Positions 13,060 through 27,060 of a stretch of DNA of 64,000 nt are shown piece after piece; positions within the stretch are counted from its first letter, which is position 1; each line of letters begins with the position of its first letter. The notes below the pieces were generated by a model. It had not been told where the DNA came from, did not search any database, and was given only the letters and a program-made list of their open reading frames with translations. A program made the translations under genes and the position numbers. Source of the DNA: Eledone cirrhosa (lineage: Eukaryota); assembly GCA_964016885.1 (NCBI GenBank), contig OZ024742.1:358174001-358238000 (forward strand). The letters are read 5' to 3'.

Positions 13060-13673
13060 ATGTAAAGGGTAAAGACCCCCATCAGTTAGCGACCATGGGA
13101 TTTGTACCTAGAAAGTTCCCCTCTGAGCCATGAAATCAGGCAAGTTTGTTTGTGGATGACCAGTAGTCACCTCTACATTCCAGTTTCCCCTTTCCCTACC
13201 ACCGGTGTTGTTCAAGGGAATGGCTGAGAATGATACAGCTTGGCACCAGTGACGTCGCAACACATTTCCACAGCTGAGTAAACTGGAGCAATTGAAATAA
13301 AGTGTCTTGCTCAGTGTCTTTTATTTTATTCTCAGAGTTGCGGAAGCATGGAACAAACTCCGTGCATCAGTTATTAGCAGTCGAGACACTGCATCCTTTA
13401 AAACTTCCATGCTTCATGAGATTCGCCAACACTACATCTGATATTCCCTCTCCATACGCACACATATGTATTTCATGACTCGTACACTGTTCATTTTCCT
13501 GACATTTGTACATTATTCTATGTACTATACATGCACCTTTGATGAGTTGTAGTGCATCTGAGCACTGTACACAATAATTTCATTATTACTATTATTATCA
13601 CCTGGTATGAGAATCAAACTCACAACCTCCTGATTTCAAGCTCAACACTCTAACCACTAAGCCATGTGCCTCC
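13060..13673 (-). mobile_element. tRNA-SINE split by a ~285 bp insertion (13313-13597)
   Basis: Head at 13598-13673 (CTCTAACCACTAAGCCATGTGCCTCC); core at 13262-13312 (CAGCTGAGTAAACTGGAGCAA..GTGTCTTGCTCA). Confidence 0.65.
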
Positions 13674-14106
13674 AGGTATATTATTGGTAAAAACATCACA
13701 GCAGTATATTGTTTACATATGTTAAACATAGCTGTGATCAAAGACAGAATGTATCTGGCATTACATAATTGGAACCCTCCTTTCTTTTACAGCAGCAAGT
13801 CTAGAAATCCTTAGTCATGTATTTATTACAATAGAGTTATATGATTTATGGGAGATTTGACAGCTATTTCTAGCAGCTGAAACAATAAGAGCCTTCCTTC
13901 TTAGCTCAAGCAATTTATATAGTAAATATTAATTGGTTCCATGTGATGAAATCTATCAAGATATCTGATTTAATGCTTCCAAGTAATCACCAGCATGTGT
14001 GTGTATATATATATGTATGTGTGTGCATATATATGTATGTGTGTATATATATGTGTGTGTGTGTATATATATATATATATTCTCACACAAAACAAACACA
14101 TGTGTG

Positions 14107-14169
<63 letters not shown>

Positions 14170-16145
14170 TGAGAGAGTGAGATTAATAGGAAAGTAAGGC
14201 ACATTTATTTAATACTGGAAAATTTGATGGAATTTATATGATTATGTATATGATGCATATTCCTTCATTATTTCTGTTGCTATGGTGATTTATATGATGT
14301 CTAGAGTCAATATGTAGCTTCATGTGAATGTGTGTCTGGGACATATTTGAATGTCCTATGGAATGCTGCATTATAGTAGTCTAACGTGCTCCTTAAAGGT
14401 GATCTTGATTGCAGCAAGTCTAGAGATGCTTAGACATGTATTTATTACAATAGGGTTAATAATGGATCAAGGGTGGTTACAGTGTTTGTTAGCATATGTA
14501 AGGTTTTCATATGTTAACAAACAGTTAAGGGCTGAAACACTTTCTTGAGTGTGTGTTGGAGGAGGGGGGTTTCTTTGAAGACCTTCTGCGCTCCAGCTCC
14601 CTTGAGAGTTTCTTACCACTGGATCATGGGAGGTTAAAAAGTTTGTTAACATATTTAAGTTTTTCATTAGTTTTATGGAAGGGTTTGAAAAGGTTGAAAT
14701 TGTTCTCTTAGGTTATGTTAAGGAAGGTGCTGACCTAATAGTTGTGCTCAAAGGATGTTTTCATGTCCACCCCTCCTTTAAGGATGGATCCTATTGCCTT
14801 TCTTCTTCATTCGAGTTGTTGACCACTAAAATTGTTGAGTAACAGGAAAGTGTCATCTATATAAATTCTACCCTGAAGGTCTATAAATTCTAGATTTAGC
14901 TTATGTGATAGATACATTCCAACTAGATCTGTAATGTGGGCCAAGTCCCTGGATTGCTTGGTTATGTCAAGTTATTGATCCTATTCTTATGTGTCCAATA
15001 TTCATTTTCAAATTTCATTATTGTATGTCTAGCTGCTAACACTATTTTATATTTTTCCTTAGAAAAACCAGAGTTCTGCATTGCAAATATAAGGGCCTTA
15101 TTGTGGGGAATGGGAGAAATGGAAGAATAATAACCACTTATGTCAAACCAGATGAGTTTTGATATAGATGTGTTATCTGTCCTAGTGATCCAGTAGATTA
15201 ATTTGTTGGTATTACTCTACAGTTTAATTCTTTAGCATTTAAACCAACCATATCCAGCCAGAATTCTCTAAACCTCTTTCTGTTCAAACTGGCTGCTCAT
15301 ACTGATATGGTGTTGTTTTTAAATATTAAAACCTCATAGAATCGATATTATGTGAGATAACATATGAGGTGAAAACTTTACTACAAAAATACAATAATAA
15401 ATATAGAATAATGTAAATGTTGAAGAGTTAATTATCAGCCTACACTTTAGCTGATTTTCTACTCTATCTAACATACTTTTACTTATACCTCCTATAATTT
15501 ATTTAGAGGGACAGATAAGTCTAATCATTGGGTTAGCCTCCATTTTTATTTTAGTCATGTTGTGTTAAAATTCAAGCCTGCCATAGAATCACTTACCAAC
15601 ATGCAACTTTCTGTCTCATTCATGTCTCTACCTTCACAACAGTGGTGTTTACTCAACCAGAATTACAGCTCAGTACAGATTTTATTTTTATTTTTGGCGT
15701 AAATTTATTTGAGATTTTGTGCAAACCAATAAAATACACAGAAGATTTCATGTTAGCTTGTATGCTCAGTTGACAGTTAATATATTTTCATGTGATAACC
15801 AGTTTGCATTAACAACAATATGTTCAAACTTCTTATATACAGAAGTCATCTATGACATATAATTTGAATTTTGTTATTGGTACTTTTGGGATTCACATCT
15901 ATTTCAATCATTGCATATTTCATGCTTTGGTCCTAGGTATATCACTCTTTACTAAACCGAATCTATCTAGTTTAAGTAAAAAAAGAAGAAAAAAGAAAGT
16001 GAAATTAAGATAGGAACTATACATGAATGTATAGTATATTTGGCAATATACCGTATGTTTAATTAAAAAAATTTAGAAGACCATACGTTATCAGTTTAAA
16101 AGTAGTGACTATGTCACTTACTTCTTTTCGGCGAAAGAAGGGAGA

Positions 16146-16191
16146 AAAGCTAACAGTCTGTTTCACGCTGGTTGGCGATCATCAGACCCAT
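16146..16191 (-). ncRNA. Candidate minimal hammerhead with weak helix I
   Basis: CUGAUGA-UCGC-CAACCA-GCGU-GAAA-CAGACUG-UU. Confidence 0.4.
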
Positions 16192-16368
16192 GCACCCCCT
16201 GCTTTAATGATTATTTGCAAAAATAAAGAAAAGCAAAAACATAAAACCTCCTAAACAAGAAATGTAATAGAATGCCTGTAAATGTAAAGAAAATATCTGC
16301 TGTAAACATAGAAACTAATGTCCAAGTTTGCTAACTATCAATTGGTTGTGCTTGTATAGGAAAACAGA

Positions 16369-16458
<90 letters not shown>

Positions 16459-17529
16459 TGTGTGTGTGTGTGTGTGTGTATGAGTGTGTGTGTGTATGCA
16501 TGTATATATGTGTACATACACACACATGTACAAATAGATATATATTATAAAATAAATCATAGAAATACAGAAAACAGTAAAAACATTATGAAGCTGAAAT
16601 GACAAGCAAGAACTTCAAAACACTAAGAAAATAATACCTTATAGTTCTATAAAAGCGAAAACAAGTAGTCAATAGATGGATAAAATGGTATAGTACCACA
16701 TTTCAAATCCTATGACATAAATTGACTATTTCAAATCTATATCTCTTTATACTCCACAGACAAGTGTTTCTCCCCCTCACCCTAAACCCATTAGTTGTTC
16801 TCAATCATAAGATATGACAGTAAACACAGAGTTCTTTCAATCCTGTTTCTCTATTCATGATTGCAAGTAAGACAAATGTAAGCAAAGGTACATATTATTT
16901 TTATTTCTCACAAGACATGTTTCTGCAAGTATACCCTATTGTCTGTTAAGCTACATTTGTCACTTGTCAAAAATTCTTCACCTTCCATTTATCTTTTCCT
17001 AATCAAATTTTCCCTGCTTTTCTAAGTCTTGCCTTGTTTGGATTTTGCTTTCAGTTGATATAGTTTCAGTTCTTCATAAAAACTTTCAAATGAAGACTGT
17101 ACATTTTCACAGCTAATATGCTCCATTTATTCTGAAGTCAAGTACATGTCAAGAATCATTAACGAAAATGGCCATTTACTGTGAAGATACACTCAGACTC
17201 TTACTTTTTATATATTTTTTACTTGAAAATCATAGAAAATGATGATGTATACATTTTGATGGTAGTATTGACTTTTAAGTAATATTTGAAGCATAATAAG
17301 ATCTGAGAAAGATAAAATAAAACTTGTTGGAACTAGCAAATCAGAAGATAACCTTGGAAACCTATTAAGTATGTAAGTTAACTTTTATATATCATTGCAG
17401 AAAAAAGAAAGATATGTATCATATAATTTTGTTTTAAACTATTGTGTTCTATATAACAAAACATATCTTTAGTTTTAGTGACTGGATTCAATGCAAATAT
17501 TTGAAACAGCAATAATCAGTTTATTTAAA

Positions 17530-17772
17530 GCAGCGGCTGTAAGCTAGAAGATGTCCCGTGGCAGGCCCTGCACCAGATGGCTGGATGTCATCAGGGAAGA
17601 TTTCCAAAGGCTTAACATCCCCTTGGAGGATGCAGAGGAGCTTGCACAGGACTGCCAGTGATGGAGGGTGTTGGTAGACCTAGTCGGCTCTACACCTGAT
17701 GATGCTTTGAGATCACTGGCTTAGAATGACTCCGGCCTCATTGAGCAAGAGCAAGAAGAAGAAGAAGAAGAA
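17530..17772 (+). mobile_element. 3' fragment of another RTE-like LINE with (GAA)n tail
   Basis: R..GRPCTRWLDVIRED..LAQDCQ*WR resembles the RTE C-terminal GRP..W motif. Confidence 0.55.
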
Positions 17773-18430
17773 GTTACATCAATCACAAAACTTCATTATT
17801 GCCCACATTCATTACTGAGGGTTGAGAACTATGGAGAACTGTAGCAATGCTGTCCCTCACCAACACCGCACTCAGCCATCATATATTTCCATTCATTCCT
17901 TGATGTCTTCACCTCAATGTCTCTTTGGTTGTTCTCTCCATCATTTGCCATTAAAGCATCATATCAGGATGCAGGTACAGATCTTCTGAGTCCTGTTCCT
18001 AAATATAGGCTGCATTTGAGCTGAGTGTTTAAAGGTTTGAGATCAATCCTGTGACATGTTTACAATCATGATTAACTATGTCTTTCATACAATTTAAGTT
18101 AACTTAAAGTTATTTCTTACAGACTTATGTTAGAAATCATTGTGTGCATAGTGCATGATATTATACATCATAAATCATGTTCTGTGTGCTACATCATATA
18201 CATATCATACATTATCTGTTATATAGGTCTAATAACAGAAAACATGGGGCTATTAGAAGGTTTTACAATAAAGGTAAATCTAATGTCAATATGATTAATA
18301 TTGAAACATATGTTTTTCAATTATATGTACAATTAACTTTTAGTTGTCTTTATATTTATATATATATATACTTGTACTGCCAAATATAAATATTTGTACT
18401 GCTTCTCTGTTTTTGTTCCTGTCTAAGATT

Positions 18431-18487
<57 letters not shown>

Positions 18488-19172
18488 ATAATAATAAATT
18501 TGAAGACTAAAATCCAAAGAAGGATCGATAAGGATAAATATATATCAAATATATAAGAACCCTAGAGCAAATATTTATTAAAATAACAGAAGATTCTTTA
18601 TTAAAAGCAGCGATTCTTTGCTTAAACTTTAATCTGTTATTTTAAGAAATATATATATATATATATACATTCATACATACATGAATATTTATACATCCAT
18701 ACACATATATATTCCTACATACATATATATATATATAAGACCCATCTTCCTACGGGTACAAGCTGAAGCTGAAGCATATAGACAGCATGACCCCACCCCC
18801 CTTTCTACTGTAAAGTGGTTGTGTAGGTGTCACGATAAAAAAGCACCAGTACTTAGTGCAAATGAGGTTGGTGTTAGGAAGAGCATTCAGCTGTAGAAAT
18901 CAAGCCAGAATTAGTTCTGTATGAGCAAGACATGGTCACCTGACCTGGCATTGCCCAAGAACAGGAAACTCATCTAACCTATGCTAGTATTGAAGAATGG
19001 ACGTAAAACAATGCTGATGATGATGATATATATAGCACTCAGCACAACTGTCAATGTGTTTAATGTTAGGAAGGGCACAAAGCCAGAAACAGTTCTGCAT
19101 GATCAAGACACAGACCCTACTTTCCTCAAATGAGACAAACCATCTAACCCATTCTATCATGGAAAATGGATG

Positions 19173-19212
<40 letters not shown>

Positions 19213-19216
<4 letters not shown>

Positions 19217-22200
19217 CTGGACACTTAGTGACAATGCCAAAGATAAAGACAAATTCACCTCATGCTGCCGAACGAAAAGGCAAGGACTCCTCCTCTTCTT
19301 TGTTTCGGCCGCGGATGGCCAACATAACGCCAACCCCAGCCCCTCACCCCTCGCCACGCCCCAACGTTCCCACCCACCAAACGGAATAAAAAACTTTAGA
19401 GTTGGTACCATGAATGTAGGCACCTTAAAACGTCGTCTAACGAGGTTGTAGAAATGCTTGAACGTAAGGAGGTGGATGTTTGCAGTATCCAAGAGATCAG
19501 GTGGAGGGGTGGGTCTGCTAGATTCATTGTGGGTAAAAAACGATGCTATAAGCTTTTCTGGGTGGGAAATGACAATGGGCTGGGTGGGGTAGGCATCTTG
19601 TTAGCAGAAAAATGGGTAGATAAGATAATAGACGTAAATAGAGTGAACGACAGAATAATTAAAATAAGACTTGTCCTAAATAGAACTACTGTGACAGTAA
19701 TATCTGCGTACGCACCCCAATCCGGACTGCCTGGAGTTATAAAAGACAGATTCTATGAGACATTGATGCTCACGACCTCCCAAATAACCGACAGTGACTA
19801 GATAATTATTGCTGGCGACCTAAATGGTCACGTTGGACAACATTGTGATGGCTATGACCGAATCCATGGAGGCTATGGGTTTGGTACTAGAAATGAGGAA
19901 GGCTCCAGAATCCTGGAATTCTGTGACGCAAATAACCTAACTGTCTGTAACACTAACTTCAAAAAACGAGACAATCACTTAATCATCTATAGATCAGGGG
20001 TACAGGCCAGTCAGATACATTACATCCTTACCAGAAGACGTGATAGAGTGTCTGTCGTAAACACTAAATCCCTCCCCCACGAAGAATGCACCTCCCAACA
20101 TAGACACATAGTCAGCGACCTCGTAGTCAGGACAAGACGTACTCGACAACAGAGGAGGACTATCCTCAGGAGAAAAATATGGAAGCTAAAGGACCCCACA
20201 GCCAGTAATAAATTTAAAGGCATATTACTTGATGCTTTTGACATTAAGGAAGAGCAATTAGAGTCGTACAATATAGAGGAACAGTGGGTATTCCTGAAAG
20301 CTAACCTGCTGAAGGCGGTGGATGATGTCTGTGGCTGGAGCAGGCCTATAGGCAGGAGGAGAATAACGTGGTGGTGGAACAGTAAGGTGTAGGAGTCAAT
20401 TAAGGCCAAAAAGAAGGCTTGGAAAGTATGGCGGGATGGAAGAAATAGAAAAGACTATCAAGTGGCCAGGAGGGAAGCTAGGAGACATGTGTACTTCGCA
20501 AGAAGCAAAGCTGAGGAAAGAAAGTTCAAGCATGTTCTACAACACGAGGACCAAAAACGTGAGGTGTTCAGGATTGCTAGGCAATGTGTCAAGGAAAACA
20601 GTGATATTGTCGGTGAGAAGTGCGTCCTTAATGATGATGGAGTACTTGCCATCACTGACGCTGATAAGAAGTTAGCTTGGAAGTGTCATTACGAAAGGCT
20701 ACTAAATGAGGAGAATAAATGGGAGAAAGACAGTCTGCCCCATATCGATCCAATAGAGGGACCAGCAGTGCTAGTTGAAAGTAGTATATTAAATAAGGCA
20801 ATCAAAGATATGAAGACGGGTAAGGCAGCTGGGCCTTCGGAAATAGTTGCTGAAATGCTGAAAGCATCTGGAACGGTGGGACACACTATGGTCACCCGGA
20901 TAGTAAACCAAGTCATACAGAATGGGGTCGTACCAAAGGACTGGCATAGCCGCATCATCATTAACTGCTACAAGGGTAAAGGTGATGCCCTAGATAGGGG
21001 AAACTATAGAGGCATTAAATTAATTGACCAGGTCATGTAGGTCACAGAAAACGTAATAGAGCAACTAATCAGAGAGCGAATTGATCCAGATGAAATGCAG
21101 TTCGTGTTTGTGTCAGGTAAAAGTACAACAGACGCTCTCTTCATTGTACAACAACTAAATGTAAACCCCTATACTTAGCTTTTGTCGACTTGGAGAAAGC
21201 CTTTGACAGAGTCCCCCGCTCCATTATCTGGTGGGCTCTTAGAAAACTATGTGTTGATGAATGGCTTGTGAGAGCTATACAAGCCATGTATAAAGAAACA
21301 GTCAGCGAGGTTAGAATTAACAACGAATATAGTGAAAAGTTTAGAATAAAAGTTGGTGTTCATCAGGGCTCCGTTCTTAGCCCCCTACTATTTATTAATG
21401 CCCTTCAGGCTATAACAGAGGAGTTCAAGACCGGCTGCCCATGGGAACTCCTATATGCAGATGAGCTAACGCTCATAGCTGAATCGATGGCTGAACTAGA
21501 GAAGAAATTCCAAACATGGAAGCATGGCCTTGAATCAAAAGGCCTTAAAGTTAACTTGTTTAAGACTAAAGTTCTAGTTTGTAGGAAGGAAAATAGGGCA
21601 CCGGACCCATCTGGGAAATGGCCATTCTCAGTGTGTAGGAAAGGAGTAGGCAGAAACTCCATTGTATGTCCCAAATGCAAAGCATAGGTGCATAAAAGAT
21701 GTAGTGGGATCACAGGTAAGCTAACTAAGAATATAGATTTTATATGCGGCCGGTGCTCGGGTGCAATAAGTAGCAGCAAGTGCCCACAGAATACTAGCTC
21801 ATTCCATTGCACAGATGGTTCTATAGAAATAGTGGACACCTTCCGTTACCTGGGTGACAAAATCAGCAGTGGGGGGGGGGGGGTGCTCTGAAAGAACAGT
21901 AGCTAGAGTCAGAACGGGATTGAAAAAGTTCAGAGAGCTTATACCACTATTGGCCGCTAAAGAGTTCTCTCTAAAAATGAAAGGCAGGCTGTATGATGCC
22001 TGCATACGAACAGCAATGTTACATGGCAGTGAGACCTGGGCATTGTGTGCAGAGGATATACGCAGATTGGAGAGTAATGAAGCTTGCATGCTCCGCTGGA
22101 TGTGTAATAGTAATATACGTGAACGGCAAAGCATAAACGAACTAAGGGAGAAATTAGGAATAAGAGGGATCAGATGTTGTTTACTCGAGAGAAGACTACG

Positions 22201-22920
22201 TTGGTACGGTCACGTGATGCGCATGAAAGACGACAGCTGTATAAAAAAGTGCAGGGCAATAAAAATAGACGGTAGCCACAGAGTAGGCAGACCCAGAAAA
22301 ACCTGGGACGACTTGATAAATTCCGACCTCACACACTTATACCTCTCCAAAACAATGCCACTTGACCGAGATCTTTGGCGCTACACAGTAATACAGAAGA
22401 CCCGCCTTGCCTAAGTACAAAGCGAAACCTACAGTCAGCAGGCACCTCTAAAAAAAATACACCACTCTCCCAGTACTCCTACCCCATCCACACCACCCCC
22501 TTAAATGTGATGTTATGTTGGTACCACAACATCCAGTTCGAAACAAATGAGGTCGTGTAGGTGTCACGACAAAAAAAAACACAGTCCACGCTGTAATGTG
22601 GCCGTGTAGGTAACACGGTAAAAACCTCCCAGTCCACACTGTAAACGTGGTTGGTGTTAGGAAGGGCACTCAGCCGTAGAAAACCCGCCAGACGTGTAGG
22701 TGTCACGACAAAAAAAACACACAGTCCACGCTGTAATGTGGCCGTGTAGGTAGCACGGTAAAAACCTCCCAGTCCAAAGGGCATCCAGCCGTAGAAAACC
22801 AGCCAGACAGTCCTATACCAGCAGGACAACCAATTTTGCCTCAAGTGGGAAAACTCCGGTCCAAACCCATGCAAGCCTGGAAGATGGACGTTAAACGATG
22901 ATGATGATGATGATGATGAT
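19213..22920 (+). mobile_element. RTE LINE family A, copy 2, near full length, disrupted
   Basis: Colinear with 2188-5999 at roughly 90% identity by eye; same motifs; (GAT)n tail. Confidence 0.95.
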
Positions 22921-22946
22921 ATGAAGTTGTAGAGTTAGTATGAAGC

Positions 22947-23904
22947 ATGGTGATTAGGGACCAAATTGATCTAGATGAAATGCAGTTTGGGTTTGTGCCA
23001 GGTAAAAGTACCACGGATGCTCTCTTCCTTATACGGCAACTATATAATTACCTAATAAAAAGTAAACCCCTATACTTAGGTTTTGTAGACATGGAGAAAG
23101 CCTATGACAGAGCCCTCCGCTCTATTATCTGGTGGGCTCTTAGAAAACTAGGTGCAGATGAATGGCTTCTGAGAGCTATACAAGCCATGTATAGAGGAAT
23201 AGTCAGCAAGGTTAGAATTAATAATGATTATAGTGAAAAATTTAGCGTAAAACTAGTTGTTCACCAAGGTTCCGTCCTTAGCCCCCTTCTGTTTATTATT
23301 GCCCTATAACAGAAGTTTTTACGAATGGCTGCGCATGGGAACTTCATATGCAGATGATCTAACTCTCGTAGCTGAATCTATGGCTGAACTAGAGATGAAA
23401 TTCCAAACATGGAAGCATGGCCTTGAATCAAAAACCTTAAATTTAATTTGTCTAAGACTAAAGTTTTAGTAAGTAGAAAGGAAAATAGGGTATATTTCCT
23501 CTGCGAAATGACCATGCTCAGTGTGTAGGAAAGGAGTAGGTAGAAATTACATACTATGCAACAAATGCAAACTACAGGTACATAAAATATGTAGTGGGAT
23601 CACAGGCAAGCTATATAAGAATGTTGATTTTATATGTGGCCGATGCTCAGGTGCAGTAAGCAGCAAGTGCCCACTGGATACTAGCTCCTTCAACTACTCA
23701 GATGGTTCTATAGAAATAGTAGACACTTTCCGTTACCTGGGTGACAAAATCAGCAGTTGAGGAGGGTGTTCTGAAAGTACAGTAGCCAGAGTTAGACCAG
23801 GATGGAAAAAGTTCTGAGAGTTAATACCGCTGTTGGCCACAAAAGGTTTCACTCTAGAAATGAAAGGCAGATTGTATACGAACAGCAATGTTACATGGCA
23901 GTGA
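22947..23904 (+). mobile_element. RTE family A-related internal RT fragment
   Basis: LDEMQFGFVPGKSTTDALF, DMEKAYD, HQGSVLSP, YADDL, FRYLG. Confidence 0.9.
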
Positions 23905-24015
23905 GAACGTTTCAGTTTTAACGTTATCCTAAGTAGCATATTTTCCATGAGTTTTGAAGAATTATATTCTTATCTTCACTGAAATTATAACATGAAGATA
24001 TGTCACTATCTTTAC

Positions 24016-24094
24016 ACCAATTATTATATTTTATCTGACGAAAGCGTACTAAATATTAGTACCCTTGAAATACGTATAATAAAATAAATTTGGT
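24016..24094 (+). ncRNA. Type I hammerhead ribozyme, intact core
   Basis: Helix I UAUUUUAU(24027-34)/AUAAAAUA(24079-86); CUGACGA 24035-41; helix II AAG-c-GUACUAA/UUAGUAC-c-CUU; GAAA 24067-70; palindromic AUACGUAU; AUA site after 24078. Confidence 0.85.
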
Positions 24095-24317
24095 TTTATA
24101 AAGATATATTACATTTATAAATATTATTGATATTATATATATATATAAAATGAGGTAAATATCTATTTGAGTATTAAGTACCCATAGAGATATATAGGGG
24201 GTCTATAATATAATTGTTGTTCTATGGTACTAATTTGAGATACCAGAACTATAAAAATATATATATATATATATATTTATATATAATATATATATATATA
24301 TATATATGTGTACGTAC

Positions 24318-24368
<51 letters not shown>

Positions 24369-24529
24369 GTGTGTGTGTGCGTGTTTGCATATGCATATGT
24401 GTGTATGTATTATACATATACACATATACATGTATTAATAAACATATATGTATATATAATACATATTCGAGTATGAATATATACACGCACATATATATAT
24501 GCAATAATATATTGTATTTTATGTACTTT

Positions 24530-24745
24530 ATCACCATGTAGGTAGCACGGTAAAAAGTTCCCAGTTCCAACCTGTAAATGGGGTTGGTGTTAGGAAGGGC
24601 ATCCAGCCGTAGAAAACCTGCCAGATAGTCCTATATGAGCGAGACACGGTCACCCGACCAACCTTGCCTCAAGTGGGACAACTCCCGTCTAACCCACGCT
24701 AGCGTGGAAAGTGGACGTTAAACGAGGATGATGATGATGATGATA
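24530..24745 (+). mobile_element. RTE 3' UTR / SINE tail fragment
   Basis: GGTTGGTGTTAGGAAGGGCATCCAGCCGTAGAAAACC..GGACGTTAAACG(GAT)n. Confidence 0.75.
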
Positions 24746-24751
24746 TATATA

Positions 24752-25302
24752 TATTGTTATACTTTGGGAGGGTCATGTTGCCAATAAGAAACAAACGCAC
24801 CAGTTGCTTTCACTCCAATTTATTATAAATGAAATTTATAAATTTACGAATTTATAAATTTCCGGTTGCTGCTTTATGTGTACTATTGCTATTGTTATTG
24901 TTAGTTGTGTTGTTTCTATTTCTATTTCCACCAACAGAATCATGGTTGTTTCTATGTCTCTCATTATTACTCCTGTCTCTTTCCTCTGGCTCATTGTTAT
25001 TATCTACTCTATTATGTGTGTATGTGTGTTCGTCCTGGTTATTTTCTCTGTCAGTATCGTTTCTTGGTTCCATAACCGGACATTGTTCATATATTGTCAA
25101 AGTTCTTCCTCAAACATTCTGTGACCTCTTCAGTGACCGGGAATTCTTTATTTGTTTTGTGCCTCAACTTTGTTCTGTCCTACGCCATCTTGCTTTTGTG
25201 TGTGTTGTGTGCTTAGTTTGCGCATGTGTTACATCCGGGTGTCTGAGTGTGTCTGCGTGTGTCTCTTATTGGCAACATGACCCTCACAAAGTATAACAAT
25301 AT
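24752..25302. mobile_element. Element bounded by ~43 bp inverted repeats, probably Penelope-like
   Basis: ATTGTTATACTTTGGGAGGGTCATGTTGCCAATAAG at ~24753 and its reverse complement ending ~25301. Confidence 0.5.
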
Positions 25303-25367
25303 CGGTTTCAACACATGTTTTCAGATAAAGAATCTTGCTAAATAAATTCAGAAACGAAATATATATG

Positions 25368-25457
<90 letters not shown>

Positions 25458-25722
25458 TAAAGGGAAAAAATGAAACGAAATTTCATTGCTCACACTTAGT
25501 ACGGCTGTTACTTAAATATAAGCATGTATACGTACATACATATATATATATATATATACAGAAGTACAGTAGTATGTATATATATATACATACATATATA
25601 TATGTACGTATGGATTCACCGAAAATTTATTATAATGCTCGGTGTGTTTGCAAACAAACACCCCGAATTACCCGCAGTGTCTAGCAACCATCGTTGTTCA
25701 TTTGTTCAACACTGACAAAGGA

Positions 25723-25765
25723 ACACTGTACTAGTTTCAAGCTTATTAGCTATCGTCAACAACGC
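25723..25765 (-). ncRNA. Hammerhead unit A (core C3->U variant)
   Basis: UUGACGA-UAGCUAAUAAGCUU-GAAA-CUAG-UA. Confidence 0.65.
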
Positions 25766-26141
25766 ATACCTTCCTGCCAGATGATTGAACGTCTGATTGT
25801 ATATACTTTCCTTATGCATATTAACGGCTGAGCAGCCCAATTTGCATATCGAGTGTTAATCGGCCCGGGTACCGAATACGATAAACGGAAAAAATGAAAC
25901 GAAATTTCATTTCTCACTCTTAGTATGGCTGTTACTTAAATATAAGCATGTATACGTACATACATATATATATACAGACGTACAGTAGTATGTATATATA
26001 TATACATACATATATATATGTACATATGGATTCACCGAACATTTATTAAAATGCTCGGTGTGTTTGCAAACAAACACCCCGAATTAAGCCGCACAGTGTC
26101 TAGCAACCATCGTTGCTCATTTGTTCAACACCGACAAAGGA

Positions 26142-26184
26142 ACGCTGTACTAGTTTCAAGCTTATTAGCTATCGTCAGCAACGT
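26142..26184 (-). ncRNA. Hammerhead unit B, intact
   Basis: ACGUUG-CUGACGA-UAGCUAAUAAGCUU-GAAA-CUAG-UA-CAGCGU. Confidence 0.85.
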
Positions 26185-26262
26185 ATACCTTCCTGCCAGA
26201 TGATTGAACGTCTGAACGTATATACTTTCCTTATGCATTTTAACGGCTGAGCAGCCTAATTT

Positions 26263-26305
26263 ACATTGCTGACGATAGCTAATATGCTTGGAACTAGTAC
26301 AGCGT
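26263..26305 (+). ncRNA. Hammerhead unit C (GAAA->GGAA variant)
   Basis: ACAUUG-CUGACGA-UAGCUAAUAUGCUU-GGAA-CUAG-UA-CAGCGU. Confidence 0.65.
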
Positions 26306-26697
26306 TCCTTTGTTAGAGTTGAACAAATGAGCAACGATGGTTGCTAGACACTGAACGGCTTAATTCGGGATGTTTGTTTACAAACACACCGAGCATTATA
26401 ATAAATGTTCAGTGAATCCATACGTACATATATATATATATATGTGCATGTATGTATATATATATATACATACTACTGTACGTCTGTATACATATATGTA
26501 TGTACGTATACATACTTATATTTAAGTAACAGCCGTACTAAGAGTGGGAAATGAAATTTCGTTTCATTTTTTTCTTGTATCGTTTTCGGTACTCCGGCCG
26601 ACTAACTCACTCGATATACAAATTGGGCTGCTCAGCCGTTACTATGCATAAGGAAAGTATATACTTGCAGACGTTCAATCATCTGGCAGGAAGGTAT

Positions 26698-26740
26698 ACG
26701 TTGCTGACGATAGCTAATAAGCTTGAAACTAGTACAGCGT
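26698..26740 (+). ncRNA. Hammerhead unit D, intact
   Basis: Helix I ACGUUG/CAGCGU; CUGACGA 26704-10; helix II AGCU/AGCU closed by U.U; GAAA 26725-28; palindromic ACUAGU; GUA site after 26734. Confidence 0.87.
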
Positions 26741-26879
26741 TCCTTTGTCGGTGTTGAACAAATGAGCAACGATGGTTGCTAGACACTGCGGCTTAATTCG
26801 GGATGTTTGTTTACAAACACACCGAGCATTATAATAAATGTTCGGTGAATCCATACGTACATATATATATGTATGCATG

Positions 26880-27019
<140 letters not shown>

Positions 27020-27060
27020 CTACTGTACGTCTGTATATATATATACATATATATATATAT

